A DNA stretch of 62,609 nucleotides, filler included, from Nemertoderma westbladi (taxonomy: Eukaryota; Animalia; Xenacoelomorpha), in NCBI GenBank assembly GCA_032718475.1. It is 4 parts of 4 records of this genome, joined end to end, with 100 filler letters (N's around TTAATTAATTAA, not from the genome) between each part and the next. Parts side by side here need not be neighbours in the genome. Positions count along the whole stretch, not along the records: positions 1 to 16,085 come from JAUCBJ010006874.1; 3 more parts are not named here. One strand, given 5' to 3'. A program made the position numbers and the translations under genes. Shown one piece after another: positions 1 to 13,155 of the stretch. Numbering within the stretch: the stretch's first letter is position 1; every line of letters starts with the position of its first letter. The notes under the pieces were generated by a model. The model searched no databases. It was not told the origin of the DNA and saw only the letters and a list, made by a program, of their open reading frames with translations.

Positions 1-46
1 AAATTTTGGCAGGTTAAACTGCTAAAGGTCTTCAAAAGCGCGAACA
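1..46 (-). mobile_element. Start of a probable 3' LTR (TG...) preceded by a polypurine tract
   Basis: Minus strand reads TAAGGGGGGATAAC|TGTTCGCGCTTTTGAAGACCTTTAGCAGTTTAACCTGCCAAAATTT. A near-identical sequence starts at TG 32954 on the plus strand, and the similarity begins exactly at TG. Confidence 0.55.
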
Positions 47-281
47 GTTATCCCCCCTTAATCATCATCTTGAATGCAGATCCATTGCTGGAGAATGTAG
101 ACTCAACCCGCTTTAAAGTATTTGTTAAAGCGATTTCACATCGTTAGACTAATAAAATAATCAGGAGTAAGTTATGTGCTAATCTAAACACATTATGAAA
201 CAGTATAATATTACAAACTGAGTGTGAATTTGTAGTAGTACTACAACTAGTACTCAATATAATATTATTGTTTTTTTTTAG

Positions 282-1027
282 AAAGCACGACAACCTTTGT
301 GAAATTTATTATCAATGTAACCACAGAAGAATGTAACGATTTCATATGTAAGAAACCAGCCATGGAAGAATTCAAGAGTGACATCTCACTTGTTGTAATG
401 GAAATAGCGACAATAGGAAGTATTGATGTCTATTGCGGATCTATCATTGCGGAAATAGAATTTATTGATATATCAATGAACCTAACTACAAATGAGTTCA
501 TCAACGTTTTATCAGATCATTTCGATGTATATTATGAAAGCAAATTGATTAAAATTGATGGGAAATATCGTAACATTGATGCAATAATCCACCAGGCGCC
601 GATACCCTATAACATCACCTATTCCCCATGCTCTGACTTCACAATTAGTGATATAGTATTAGCGATCACATTAGAATTCGCTCAAGAAGTAGGAAAAATG
701 AATTACCTCTTAGGGCAATTGGTTTGCTTTGGTAAAGGAGATATTTACGGTATGACACCTTTAACCATCTACGTTTATGACGATATGAAGGGCATTTTGA
801 CAAGAGGCATAAACGAAGGCTTCGAGCAATATATTGGCAATACACTCATAAGAATATCACCAAAACCAGTAACAACCCCCGGCACTACCATTGCGAAAAC
901 CATTACCGAGACAACCACATTGGAGGAAACCACGACTGTAGCAACAAGCACACAAGACAGCGCTGAAACCGTTAAGGCTTCCAACTATATTATTTTCTTC
1001 GTTACACTTTATGTCTACTTGATTTGA
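282..1027 (+). CDS. Probable terminal exon of a cell-surface glycoprotein: SEA-like domain, Thr-rich stalk, C-terminal hydrophobic GPI-type signal
   Basis: Poly-T/AG acceptor ends at 281; open frame to TGA at 1025-1027; GSIIAEIEF resembles the SEA G|SVVV motif; TTPGTT...ETTTVATST stalk; ends SAETVKASNYIIFFVTLYVYLI with no cytoplasmic tail. Confidence 0.6.
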
Positions 1028-1099
1028 AGTAAAGTCAAGTTGGGAAACTGATACTTTATTTAATTATTACGGTATTATTTGTCTTTAACTTATTAACGA

Positions 1100-4000
1100 A
1101 CATTGGCTGGAAATTATTTCTCAGTAACTTATATCTAACGAGAATAAACTGGATAATATTATCTTTCTATAACCTAAATTTAACTTATATTTATCGAAAA
1201 TTAAAAGGATATTAATTATCTGTAACTATATTTATTGATATTTAACGGGATATAAAAGATTATTTATCTGTAACTTATATTTATTGAGAGTTAACATGAT
1301 GTTATTTGTAACTTATATTTATTGATATTAACACGACATTATTTATCAGTAACAAATATTTATTGATATTTAACACAATATTATTTATCTGTAACTTATA
1401 TTTATTGAGATTAACACGATATTATTTATCTGCAACTTAAATTTATCGAAAATTCGCTGGATATTATTTATCTGTAACTTATATTTATTGAGATTAACAC
1501 GATATTATTTATCTGTAACTTATATCTATTGAGATTAACACGATATTATTTATCAGTAACTTATATTTATTGAGATTAACACGATATTATTTATCTGTAA
1601 CTTATATTTATTGAGATTAACACGATATTATTTATCAGTAACTTATATTTATTGATATTTAACACAATATTATTTATCTGTAACTTATATTTATTGAGAT
1701 TAACACGATATTATTTATCTGCAACTTAAATTTATCGAAAATTCGCTGGATATTATTTATCTGTAACTTATATTTATTGAGATTAACACGATATTATTTA
1801 TCTGCAACTTAAATTTATCGAAAATTCGCTGGATATTATTTATCTGTAACTTATATTTATTGAGATTAACACGATATTATTTATCTGTAACTTATATTTA
1901 TTGAGATTAACACGATATTATTTATCAGTAACTTATATTTATTGATATTTAACACAATATCATTTATCTGTAACTTATATTTATTGAGATTTAACACGAT
2001 ATTATTTATCAGTAACTTATATTTATTGAGATTAACACGATATTATTTATCAGTAACTTATATTTATTGAGATTAACACGATATTATTTATCTGTAACTT
2101 ATATTTATTGAGATTAACACGATATTATTTATCTGTAACTTATATTTATTGAGATTAACACGATATTATTTATCTGTAACTTATATTTATTGAGATTTAA
2201 CAGGATATTATTTATCAGTAACTTATATTTATTGAGATTAACACGATATTATTTATCTGCAACTTAAATTTATCGAAAATTCGCTGGATATTATTTATCT
2301 GTAACTTATATTTATTGAGATTAACACGATATTATTTATCTGCAACTTAAATTTATCGAAAATTCGCTGGATATTATTTATCTGTAACTTATATTTATTG
2401 AGATTAACACGATATTATTTATCTGTAACTTATATTTATTGAGATTAACACGATATTATTTATCTGTAACTTATATTTATTGAGATTTAACAGGATATTA
2501 TTTATCAGTAACTTATATTTATTGAGATTAACACGATATTATTTATCTGCAACTTAAATTTATCGAAAATTCGCTGGATATTATTTATCTGTAACTTATA
2601 TTTATTGAGATTAACACGATATTATTTATCTGCAACTTAAATTTATCGAAAATTCGCTGGATATTATTTATCTGTAACTTATATTTATTGAGATTAACAC
2701 GATATTATTTATCTGTAACTTATATTTATTGAGATTAACACGATATTATTTATCTGTAACTTATATTTATCGAAAATTCGCTGGATATTATTTATCTGTA
2801 ACTTATATTTATTGAGATTTAACAGGATATTATTTATCTGTAACTTATATTTATTGAGATTTAACACGATATTATTTATCTGTAACTTATATGTATTGAG
2901 ATTAACACGATATTATTTATCTGTAACTTAAATTTATCGAAAATTCGCTGGATATTATTTATCTGTAACTTATATTTATTGAGATTAACACGATATTATT
3001 TATCTGTAACTTATATTTATTGAGATTTAACAGGATATTATTTATCTGTAACTTATATTTATTGAGATTAACACGATATTATTTATCTGTAACTTATATT
3101 TATTGAGATTAACACGATATTATTTATCTGTAACTTATATTTATCGAAAATTCGCTGGATATTATTTATCTGTAACTTATATTTATTGAGATTAACACGA
3201 TATTATTTATCTGTAACTTATATTTATTGAGATTAACACGATAATATTTATCTGTAACTTATATTTATTGAGATTTAACACGATATTATTTATCTGTAAC
3301 TTATATTTATTGAGATTAACACGATATTATTTATCTGCAACTTAAATTTATCGAAAATTCGCTGGATATTATTTATCTGTAACTTATATTTATTGAGATT
3401 AACACGATATTATTTATCTGTAACTTATATTTATTGAGATTAACACGATATTATTTATCTGCAACTTAAATTTATCGAAAATTCGCTGGATATTATTTAT
3501 CTGTAACTTATATTTATTGAGATTTAACAGGATATTATTTATCTGTAACTTATATTTATTGAGATTAACACGATATTATTTATCTGTAACTTAAATTTAT
3601 CGAAAATTCGCTGGATATTATTTATCTGTAACTTATATTTATTGAGATTAACACGATATTATTTATCTGTAACTTATATTTATTGAGATTAACACGATAT
3701 TATTTATCTGCAACTTAAATTTATTGAGATTAACACGATATTATTTATCTGTAACTTATATTTATTGAGATTAACACGATATTATTTATCTGCAACTTAA
3801 ATTTATCGAAAATTCGCTGGATATTATTTATCTGTAACTTATATTTATTGAGATTAACACGATATTATTTATCTGCAACTTAAATTTATTGAGATTAACA
3901 CGATATTATTTATCTGTAACTTAAATTTATCGAAAATTCGCTGGATATTATTTATCTGTAACTTATATTTATTGAGATTAACACGATATTATTTATCTGT

Positions 4001-7000
4001 AACTTATATTTATTGAGATTAACACGATATTATTTATCTGCAACTTAAATTTATCGAAAATTCGCTGGATATTATTTATCTGTAACTTATATTTATTGAG
4101 ATTTAACAGGATATTATTTATCTGTAACTTATATTTATTGAGATTAACACGATATTATTTATCTGTAACTTAAATTTATCGAAAATTCGCTGGATATTAT
4201 TTATCTGTAACTTATATTTATTGAGATTAACACGATATTATTTATCTGTAACTTATATTTATTGAGATTAACACGATATTATTTATCTGCAACTTAAATT
4301 TATTGAGATTAACACGATATTATTTATCTGTAACTTATATTTATTGAGATTAACACGATATTATTTATCTGTAACTTATATTTATTGAGATTAACACGAT
4401 ATTATTTATCTGTAACTTATATTTATTGAGATTAACACGATATTATTTATCTGCAACTTAAATTTATTGAGATTAACACGATATTATTTATCTGTAACTT
4501 ATATTTATTGAGATTAACACGATATTATTTATCTGTAACTTATATTTATTGAGATTAACACGATATTATTTATCTGTAACTTATATTTATTGAGATTAAC
4601 ACGATATTATTTATCTGTAACTTATATTTATTGAGATTAACACGATATTATTTATCTGCAACTTAAATTTATTGAGATTAACACGATATTATTTATCTGT
4701 AACTTATATTTATTGATATTAACACGATATTATTTATCTGTAACTTATATTTATTGAGATTAACACGATATTATTTATCTGTAACTTATATTTATTGAGA
4801 TTAACACGATATTATTTATCTGCAACTTAAATTTATTGAGATTAACACGATATTATTTATCTGTAACTTATATTTATTGAGATTAACAAGATATTATTTA
4901 TCTGTAACTTATATTTATTGAGATTAACACGATATTATTTATCTGTAACTTATATTTATTGAGATTTAACAGGATATTATTTATCTGTAACTTATATTTA
5001 TTGAGATTTAACAGGATATTATTTATCTGTAACTTATATTTATTGAGATTTAACAGGATATTATTTATCTGTAACTTATATTTATTGAGATTTAACAGGA
5101 TATTATTTATCTGTAACTTATATTTATTGAGATTTAACAGGATATTATTTATCTGTAACTTATATTTATTGAGATTAACACGATATTATTTATCTGCAAC
5201 TTAAATTTATTGAGATTAACACGATATTATTTATCTGTAACTTATATTTATTGAGATTAACACGATATTATTTATCTGTAACTTATATTTATTGAGATTA
5301 ACACGATATTATTTATCTGTAACTTATATTTATTGAGATTAACACGATATTATTTATCTGTAACTTATATTTATCGAAAATTTGCTGGATATTATTTATC
5401 TGTAACTTAAATTTATCGAAAATTTGCTGGATATTATTTATCTGTAACTTATATTTATTGAGATTAACACGATATTATTTATCTGTAACTTATATTTATC
5501 GAAAATTTGCTGGATATTATTTATCTGTAACTTATATTTATCGAAAATTTGCTGGATATTATTTATCTGTAACTTAAATTTATCGAAAATTTGCTGGATA
5601 TTATTTATCTGTAACTTATATTTATTGAGATTTAACAGGATATTATTTATCTGTAACTTATATTTATTGAGATTTAACAGGATATTATTTATCTGTAACT
5701 TATATTTATTGAGATTTAACAGGATATTATTTATCTGTAACTTATATGTATTGAGATAAACACGATATTATTTATCTGTAACTTAAATTTATCGAAAATT
5801 TGCTGGATATTATTTATCTGTAACTTATATTTATTGAGATTTAACACGATATTATTTATCTGTAACTTATATTTATTGAGATTTAACAGGATATTATTTA
5901 TCTGTAACTTATATTTATTGAGATTTAACAGGATATTATTTATCTGTAACTTATATTTATTGAGATTTAACAGGATATTATTTATCTGTAACTTATATGT
6001 ATTGAGATTAACACGATATTATTTATCTGTAACTTAAATTTATCGAAAATTTGCTGGATATTATTTATCTGTAACTTATATTTATTGAGATTTAACAGGA
6101 TATTATTTATCTGTAACTTATATTTATTGAGATTAACACGATATTATTTATCTGCAACTTAAATTTATTGAGATTAACACGATATTATTTATCTGTAACT
6201 TATATTTATTGAGATTAACACGATATTATTTATCTGTAACTTATATTTATTGAGATTAACAGGATATTATTTATCTGTAACTTATATTTATTGAGATTAA
6301 CACGATATTATTTATCTGTAACTTATATTTATTGAGATGAACACAATATTATTTATCTGTAACTTATATTTATTGAGATTAACACGATATTATTTATCTG
6401 TAACTTATATTTATTGAGATTAACACGATATTATTTATCTGCAACTTAAATTTATCGAAAATTCGCTGGATATTATTTATCTGTAACTTATATTTATTGA
6501 GATTTAACACGATAATATTGATCTGTAACTTATATTTATTGAGATTAACACGATATTATTTATCTGCAACTCAAATTTATCGAAAATTCGCTGGATATTA
6601 TTTATCTGTAACTTATATTTATTGAGATTTAACACGATAATATTGATCTGTAACTTATATTTATTCAGATTAAACACGATATTATTTATCTGTAACTTAT
6701 ATTTATTGAGATTAAAACGATATTATTTATCTGCAACTTAAATTTATCGAAAATTCGCTGGATAATATTGATCTGAAACTTATATTTATTGAGATTAACA
6801 CGATATTATTTATCAGTAACTTATATTTATTGAGATTAACACGATATTATTTATCTGAAACTTATATTTATTTAGGTTTAACAGGATATTATTTATCTGT
6901 AACTTATATTTATTGATATTAACACGATAATATTGATCTGTAACTTATATTTATTGAGATTTAACAGGATATTATTTATCTGTAACTTAAATTTATCGAA

Positions 7001-7030
7001 ATTTGCTGGATATTATTTATCACTAACATA
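1100..7030. repeat. AT-rich tandem array, 41/42-bp unit
   Basis: Consensus TATTTATTGAGATTAACACGATATTATTTATCTGTAACTTA (41 bp); 42-bp variants carry GATTTAACAGG or ATCGAAAATTCGCTGG; edges are degenerate. Confidence 0.98.
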
Positions 7031-7361
7031 TATACACCATGGCGCCCGTAATATAGTGTCATTTTCTGATGAGACGGTCTGATGAGAGAAAATGGGAATG
7101 GCCACTCCCCTCGAACACATTCCTACTCCATTTTACACACGCCTACTAACCACACATTTACCACTACCGACAGACAATTACCACACCGACCATACCGATA
7201 ACCTCCTCGCCTTAAGGGGACCCCCATGAAAACGTGACCATGTCTCTTGGGGCTATCCCCGACATCATCTAGACTCACACTCACCATAACTACTGTATAA
7301 TGGATTATCTTGTTCCTTCCGGTAATGTTTATTTATGCAGATTTACTTTACTTATTTGATG

Positions 7362-8000
7362 TCAATTAAACAATTTCAATTTCAATTTCAAGATAAAATC
7401 TATTTGTTTTTTCCGAATTAACGACCTAGGGTCCGGCATGTTAGATTCAATAAACAGGCTGTCTCTGCAGACATTCTGTCTGACACTCAGCGCTAATGTA
7501 AGCATATTTGTGTATTGTTTGCAAACACAATCAAATTTCCCGCCAACCCAGGTTTCACACCCATACAGGATCGACGATAACGTACCGCTTCGAAACACAA
7601 GAAGTTTTAGCCATATCGGAGGGTTATAGTGCTTTGCTACAAAGGCATTAAATTTTGATACCTGCTTCACTTTGTCATCACAATGGAGCTTTATAGCATT
7701 ATTTAAACCACCCGTTTGGGCAATCGGCGAACCTAAGTACAAATAGCTCGAACAATTCTGTATGATGACTGGCTCAATAGAATAATTATAACAACTAATA
7801 TTAATTTCTTTTAAATCAAGCGGCGTTGTAGGTTCAAATACCATGAATTTTGTTTTTTTAAGATTTAACTTCATACCATATTCAGCACAAAATTCTAGAA
7901 CAACAAGAAGTTTCTCTATACATACTTTCCTAGAAGTTGCCAAGATTACAGAATCGTCCATTAGTAATATAATCCAAGTCAAGAATCCATCAGGGGTGAA
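7362..8000 (-). mobile_element. Non-LTR retrotransposon RT C-terminal fragment with an MDD catalytic motif
   Basis: LLMDDSVIL...EFCAEYGMKLNLKKTKFM...YLYLGSPI...ILYGCETW match RT domains 5-7 and the thumb region of APE-class LINEs. Confidence 0.85.
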
Positions 8001-8599
8001 ACGAGACAACATTGACACGTATGTTGTTTTATTTTATTTGGCTGATGATGATTATTTTGGAATATATCGAAACGTACCATGGGATTATTTAGTTGTTCGT
8101 TAATATTGCTTTTCTTGATTAAACTACGTTACCCAACTGGAACCTCGGTTACTTCAAAACTCATAAAATAAATAACACGTTCTAGAATTTTGTGTATTTA
8201 TTAAATAGAATAAATGGCCTGCAGCGAACAATAATTCTTGCAATCTTTGAACGCATTTATCTCAGCTGTTTCTCAACGAAATTCAAACATTGTTACATAT
8301 TTGGAATCCTTGCAACGCAAGCTTTCTATTGATGTGAAAAAATTACGACTAAAGTGAAGAATGTCAATGATACAGAGGGTGCGATATCGCAAAAGACACT
8401 TTTTCAAAACGCTTTTGAATAAAATTTAAAGGCGAAATCGAAAATTCCGGCTTCATGGTAACAACCACGGTGAGTTGAACTAGTGGTGTTTCAAATTTCA
8501 AACAATATGATAAATATTTGTAGGAAAATATGGGGGGGGGGGGGGGGGGGTCCGTGTCATCAGAAAATGACACTATATTACGGAAAATGATATATATAA

Positions 8600-9928
8600 C
8601 TAATAATAAGATTCTATTAAATCGCATCAGGGATCCCATTGAGAGACTGCTCCGTGGAAATCAGAATGGTTTCCGTAAAGGTCGTGGGACCATGGAGCCC
8701 ATTTTGGCACTTAGAAGGATAATTGAAGAATTATCAAAAAAGATAGACAGGCATCTGGCTGTTATCTTTGTTGACTTCTTCAAGGCCTTTGATTCAGTCT
8801 CTCGCTCACGTATGTTCAGCATACTTTCATTATATGGGATTCCTGATGAAATTATTGCAGCAATCAGATCAGATCATACGATGGTTCGACAACATTTGTG
8901 TCTACTGTTGACGGTGACACAGAACCATTTGAAGTGTTATGGGGCGTCCTCCAAGGAGACACACTTGCACCATTCTTGTTCATTATTGTGGTTGACTATG
9001 TTCTACGCATGTCCTTAGATCATCATAATGATGATGGGGTGATGATAACTCCACCTACTGGCTGCAGAAGTCGAGGAAATCCTGCCAAGTACCTAACTGA
9101 TCTAGATTTTGCTGATGACTTAGGAGTACTCTCAGAATCATTAGAGGGAGCCCAACGGCTCCTCAGCTCATTAGAACATGCTGCTTCTAGTGTTGGTCTT
9201 TTTACTAACTCCAGAAAGACCAAAATTATGACAGTTAACTTTGAAAGGCCTCAGCAAGTCTCTGATCGGATGAGCATAATCTCAAAGGATGGTATGCTTG
9301 AGCATGTGGACGACTTCTGTTACCTGGGATCATGGATCCGGAAGTCAGGTGAGGACCTTCGAATACGTAAGGGAAAGGCATGGGCAGCCTTGAATAGGCT
9401 TTCCAGGATTTGGAAGTCACCGAGAATTAATTGGAAACTTAAAGTCCGATTATTTAGAGCAGCAGTAGTTCCAGTACTCCTCTACGGGAGTCCATGCTGG
9501 GCTCTAACTGCTGAGGACACCTAATCTCTGGATGGCACATTCACAAGAATGCTACGCCGGGTTCATTGTGTCAAGTACTATGCACACATCTCCAACCAGA
9601 CACTATATAACATTGGAGGTGTCTCATTGGTTCCTCCAAGCTTGACACTAGAACAAAATCGCCTCCGCTTTGCAGGACATTGCTTTCGCCGTGAGGACCA
9701 GCCAGTGCATAATCTTTTACTTTGGCAGCCTCATGGAGTGAATAAGCATGGTGGACAGCCCATGACTTTCTTGAGACGCATCTTAAAGGACACAGGCCTT
9801 AAAGATGCGGATGATCTAGCAAATGTCATGGGTGATAGGGAGTTGTGGCGGTGCAATTTTGTTGACAAGCCGGCACAGCATTCTTAAAAATGCAGCTGCA
9901 ATGCAGCATGCCGATCCTAGTAGTAGTA
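8600..9928 (+). mobile_element. 5'-truncated RTE-clade LINE (RT region) with frameshift/stop and (TAG)n tail
   Basis: NQNGFRKGR, FVDFFKAFDSV, GVLQGDTLAPFLF, DLDFADDL, FCYLGS, LRFAGHCFR; ends CCGATCCTAGTAGTAGTA. Confidence 0.92.
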
Positions 9929-9949
9929 TATTGCTCAGTTACCCGATTG

Positions 9950-12110
9950 TTCGAAGACCTTCGCATGTTGGCAGGGATCCTAATTTATATTAGACTTGAC
10001 ATTACTTATCTGTCCAAATCTTAACCCTATTACCACTGGGGGGGGGGGGCGAATCGGCCCCTTCCTAGTTTTTAGTTGCTGTAACTATGCAACCACACTA
10101 CGTACCGGCCCAATTTTTTGTGAGAATTAGCCAAATTTAATGCCGCATCTTTTGCCGTTGCGCCGTTGCAATTGGATTTCTACTTTTCGATGTGGGTGCC
10201 ACCTCAAAATTTGGTCTCCAGCACCAAATTTTTTGAAATTTTCGAATTTTACAAAGTCATTCGTGATTTAGTAATTATTTATGTTTGGGCTATTTTTATT
10301 TATTTTTATTGGTTTGGATCACTCTAATGCTCTATACAAGTATGTAAGTGTAGTGGTACGTCATTTTTGGAGCACCAAATTTAGGGCGTGGCACTTTAAA
10401 AATTTAAAAATTACTTTATTCGGAAAATTTACTAAAGTTCTGATTTCGAAGCATTTTTATTGGTTTTCTGGAGCGCTGAATCGATTAAAAGTAGTATAGA
10501 AGCCTGAAGACTTAGTGGTTCGCCATTTTTGGTGCACCAAAATTAGGGCGTGGCACTTGAAATTTTGAAAAATACGAGATTCGGAAAATACACTAAAGTT
10601 TTGATTTGCAAAGCATTTTTATAGGTTTTCTGGAGCGCTGAATCGATTGAAAGTAATATAGAAGCCTGAAGACTTAGTGGTTCGCCATTTTTGGTGCACC
10701 AAAATTAGGGCGTGGCACTTCAAATTTTGAAAAATACGAGATTCGGAAAATTCACTAAAGTTTTGATTTCAAATTAATTTTATAGGTTTTCTGGAGCGCT
10801 GAATCGATTGAAAGTAATATAGAAGCCTCAAATCCTTTGTGTACGTAATTTTCGGTGCACCAAAATTAGGGCGTGGCACTTCAAATTTTCAAAATTACTT
10901 TATTCGGAAAAAACACTAAAGTTTTGATTTCAAAAAATGGCTAACTTCTAAGTCTTCAGGCTTCTATATTACTTTCAATCGATTCAGCGGTCTGGAAAAC
11001 CTATATAAATTCGTTAAAATTTCAATTTTGGTTTATTTTCCGAATCTCGTATTTTTCAAAATTTGAAGTGCCACGCCCTAATTTTGGTGCACCAAAAATG
11101 GCGAACCACTCAGTCTTCAGGCTTCTATATTACTTTCAATCGATTCAGCGGCCCAGAAAACCCATAAAGATGCGTTGAAATAAAAAAATTAGGGGCATTT
11201 TCTGAATATCTAATTTTTCAAAATTTGAAGTGCCACGCCCACTTCTTAGGTGCACGAAAAATAGCATCCACTTCAATTTTTGGAAGTGGAATATAATCAC
11301 ATTCGATTCAGCGTCTTGAAAAACCTACTAAATCTAGCCAACACTGCCACACTATTAGTTTTTAGAAAACGAAAAATTTTGTAATTTTGTCCTGGGACTA
11401 CTTTTATTTTTCATCAAAATTATGAGTCCCTGCTTATGAAAATTTAATTTTTTAAGGTTTGGTAGTGTTCATCTATAGTTGTTTCAGCAACAGCCCAAAT
11501 TTTGTAGGATTTCATTGGACGACTACAAAAATATAGTGGGTGGGCCGAATCGCCCCCCCCCCCCCCCCCCCAGTGGTGCTAATGGTCAAAACACCCCAGT
11601 GGTAATAGGGTTAAGGTTGGTTTACAGATAGCATAATAACTGCTGTCATGAAGTTATTGTGTGAACAATCCTCCGATAAGGCCGAAGTGTTTAGTTCACA
11701 CTTCCTCAATTTATTTCAGAATAGAGAGACGCGCCCTTAATGTTCAACGGCAAAAAGATAGTAGTTTTCTTTTTTTCTTAAATGATTTTATTTTCTTCCC
11801 TGTGAATATCAGGGTCTATCATTGGGCAGTTGCAGCCTTTTGCCCAAATTCCTCGACGATTTACTATTATGACTCCATGAAACAGGATGGGCCAATCCCT
11901 CACTGATCAATGCCATAAAGCGATGGACATCCTGTAACCATTGAACCTCTTAAAATGACCAAATCAAAAAGAAAATTTAGCAAAATGGAGTCCAATGTGG
12001 TGTATATGTGTGCCGATTTGTCAAGATGTTATTAGATGACGACTCCTTGGAAGGAATTAATGATTTTTCAATGTTATCTTACCGTATTCATCTGTGTGAT
12101 TTGGTAAAGC
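9950..12110 (+). pseudogene. Decayed Ulp1/SENP-like (C48) cysteine protease interrupted by a piggyBac-like MITE
   Basis: Removing the MITE joins DITYLSKS*GWFTDSIITAVMKLL...VFSSHF. Later frames give FIFFPVNIRVYHWAVAAF...IYYYDSM and *QNGVQCGVYVCRF, i.e. His-Asp-Cys triad motifs with stops and frameshifts. Confidence 0.8.
10025..11610. mobile_element. Non-autonomous piggyBac-like element
   Basis: TTAA|CCCTATTACCACTGGGG ... CCCCAGTGGTAATAGGG|TTAA (TTAA at 10021-10024 and 11611-11614); subterminal inverted repeat GGCGAATCGGCCC/GGGCCGAATCGCC; internal ~160-bp repeats. Confidence 0.9.
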
Positions 12111-12769
12111 AATATGCCATACTAGCCATGACCCACCTCCAACAAAGCCAATACACCATTAATTATCCATTCAAATTTTCCTTCGCTAGTAATTCCTAGT
12201 AATTCCTGACGTGAAATCTCTGCCCTACATACATTTATCAATTAATAACCAGATGTTTTCCTCAAATAATACTTTACACCTTCCCTCCCTGACTTATTTC
12301 ACATCTCAAACAAACCAAAACCCATAATAATATGACCTTTATTAATTCCATTCTACATTCTGACCTAATCCAGCAACATATATGACAAACGATAATTTTA
12401 ATTTACTGCTGATAACTTTAATTTTGATTTTGACATGGAGTTAAGGTACTGACTGGTACAGTAAGGTTATAGATATAATTATATGATGTTAGACAACCAC
12501 GACTTTAGAGGGATTGTGATATATGAGGGAATAAGACCCCATTTCCTATTTTATTGTTTTCATATTAAGGTTATAGATGTAAACTCCTAAGGCATATAGC
12601 AGTAGCTGCTGCCTCTTTTTCATCAGATATCAGAATGATCCTTAAAACTTATACGCGCATTTCGTGAAAGTGGACATTTGGTTTCCTAACTGCTACTACA
12701 GGACCATCGCGGTGCTTTATCACCTACTGGTTAAATACGGCCTGGTGGAGGGTCAGATCAGAATACAAA

Positions 12770-12822
12770 AAACTAAACTAAACTGAACTAAACTGAACTA
12801 AACTGAACTAAACTAAACTGAA
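12770..12822. repeat. (AACTA/AACTG)n pentanucleotide microsatellite
   Basis: Read directly from the sequence. Confidence 0.9.
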
Positions 12823-13155
12823 TACAGTGCCTAATGATATACAGTATCTTCCTCGATGTCACTTGATCTCCCAGCAGATTCTTATTCTTGAAATGTCTGT
12901 AGAATCAAACCACACTCAACTTCGAAGTGAGAATCCACATCTGTTAAAAGTATTGACTAACGTACAACAATAATACTAAAATTAACAACAGGATCTACTT
13001 GCTGCTGTTTTCTTAGATAGTGATGCTGAACAATGGATAGTATAGTCTACGTGGGAACTTACTCATCCACGGAGTCTCCTATCTTCCTAAGGAGAAAGCA
13101 AGAACAACGTTATCCAAATTAGAACCAAAGCTTCATAAACACGATAAGAAGCCCC

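Noticed and set aside
1100-7030. CRISPR-like constant repeat with variable spacers
   Set aside because: Only about three recurring, related variants rather than unique spacers; no cas genes; eukaryotic TE context.
7060-7100. Hammerhead ribozyme (CTGATGAG twice, then GAAA)
   Set aside because: No adequate stem II before GAAA and no consistent stems I and III; a similar near-match at about 26760-26790 also fails.
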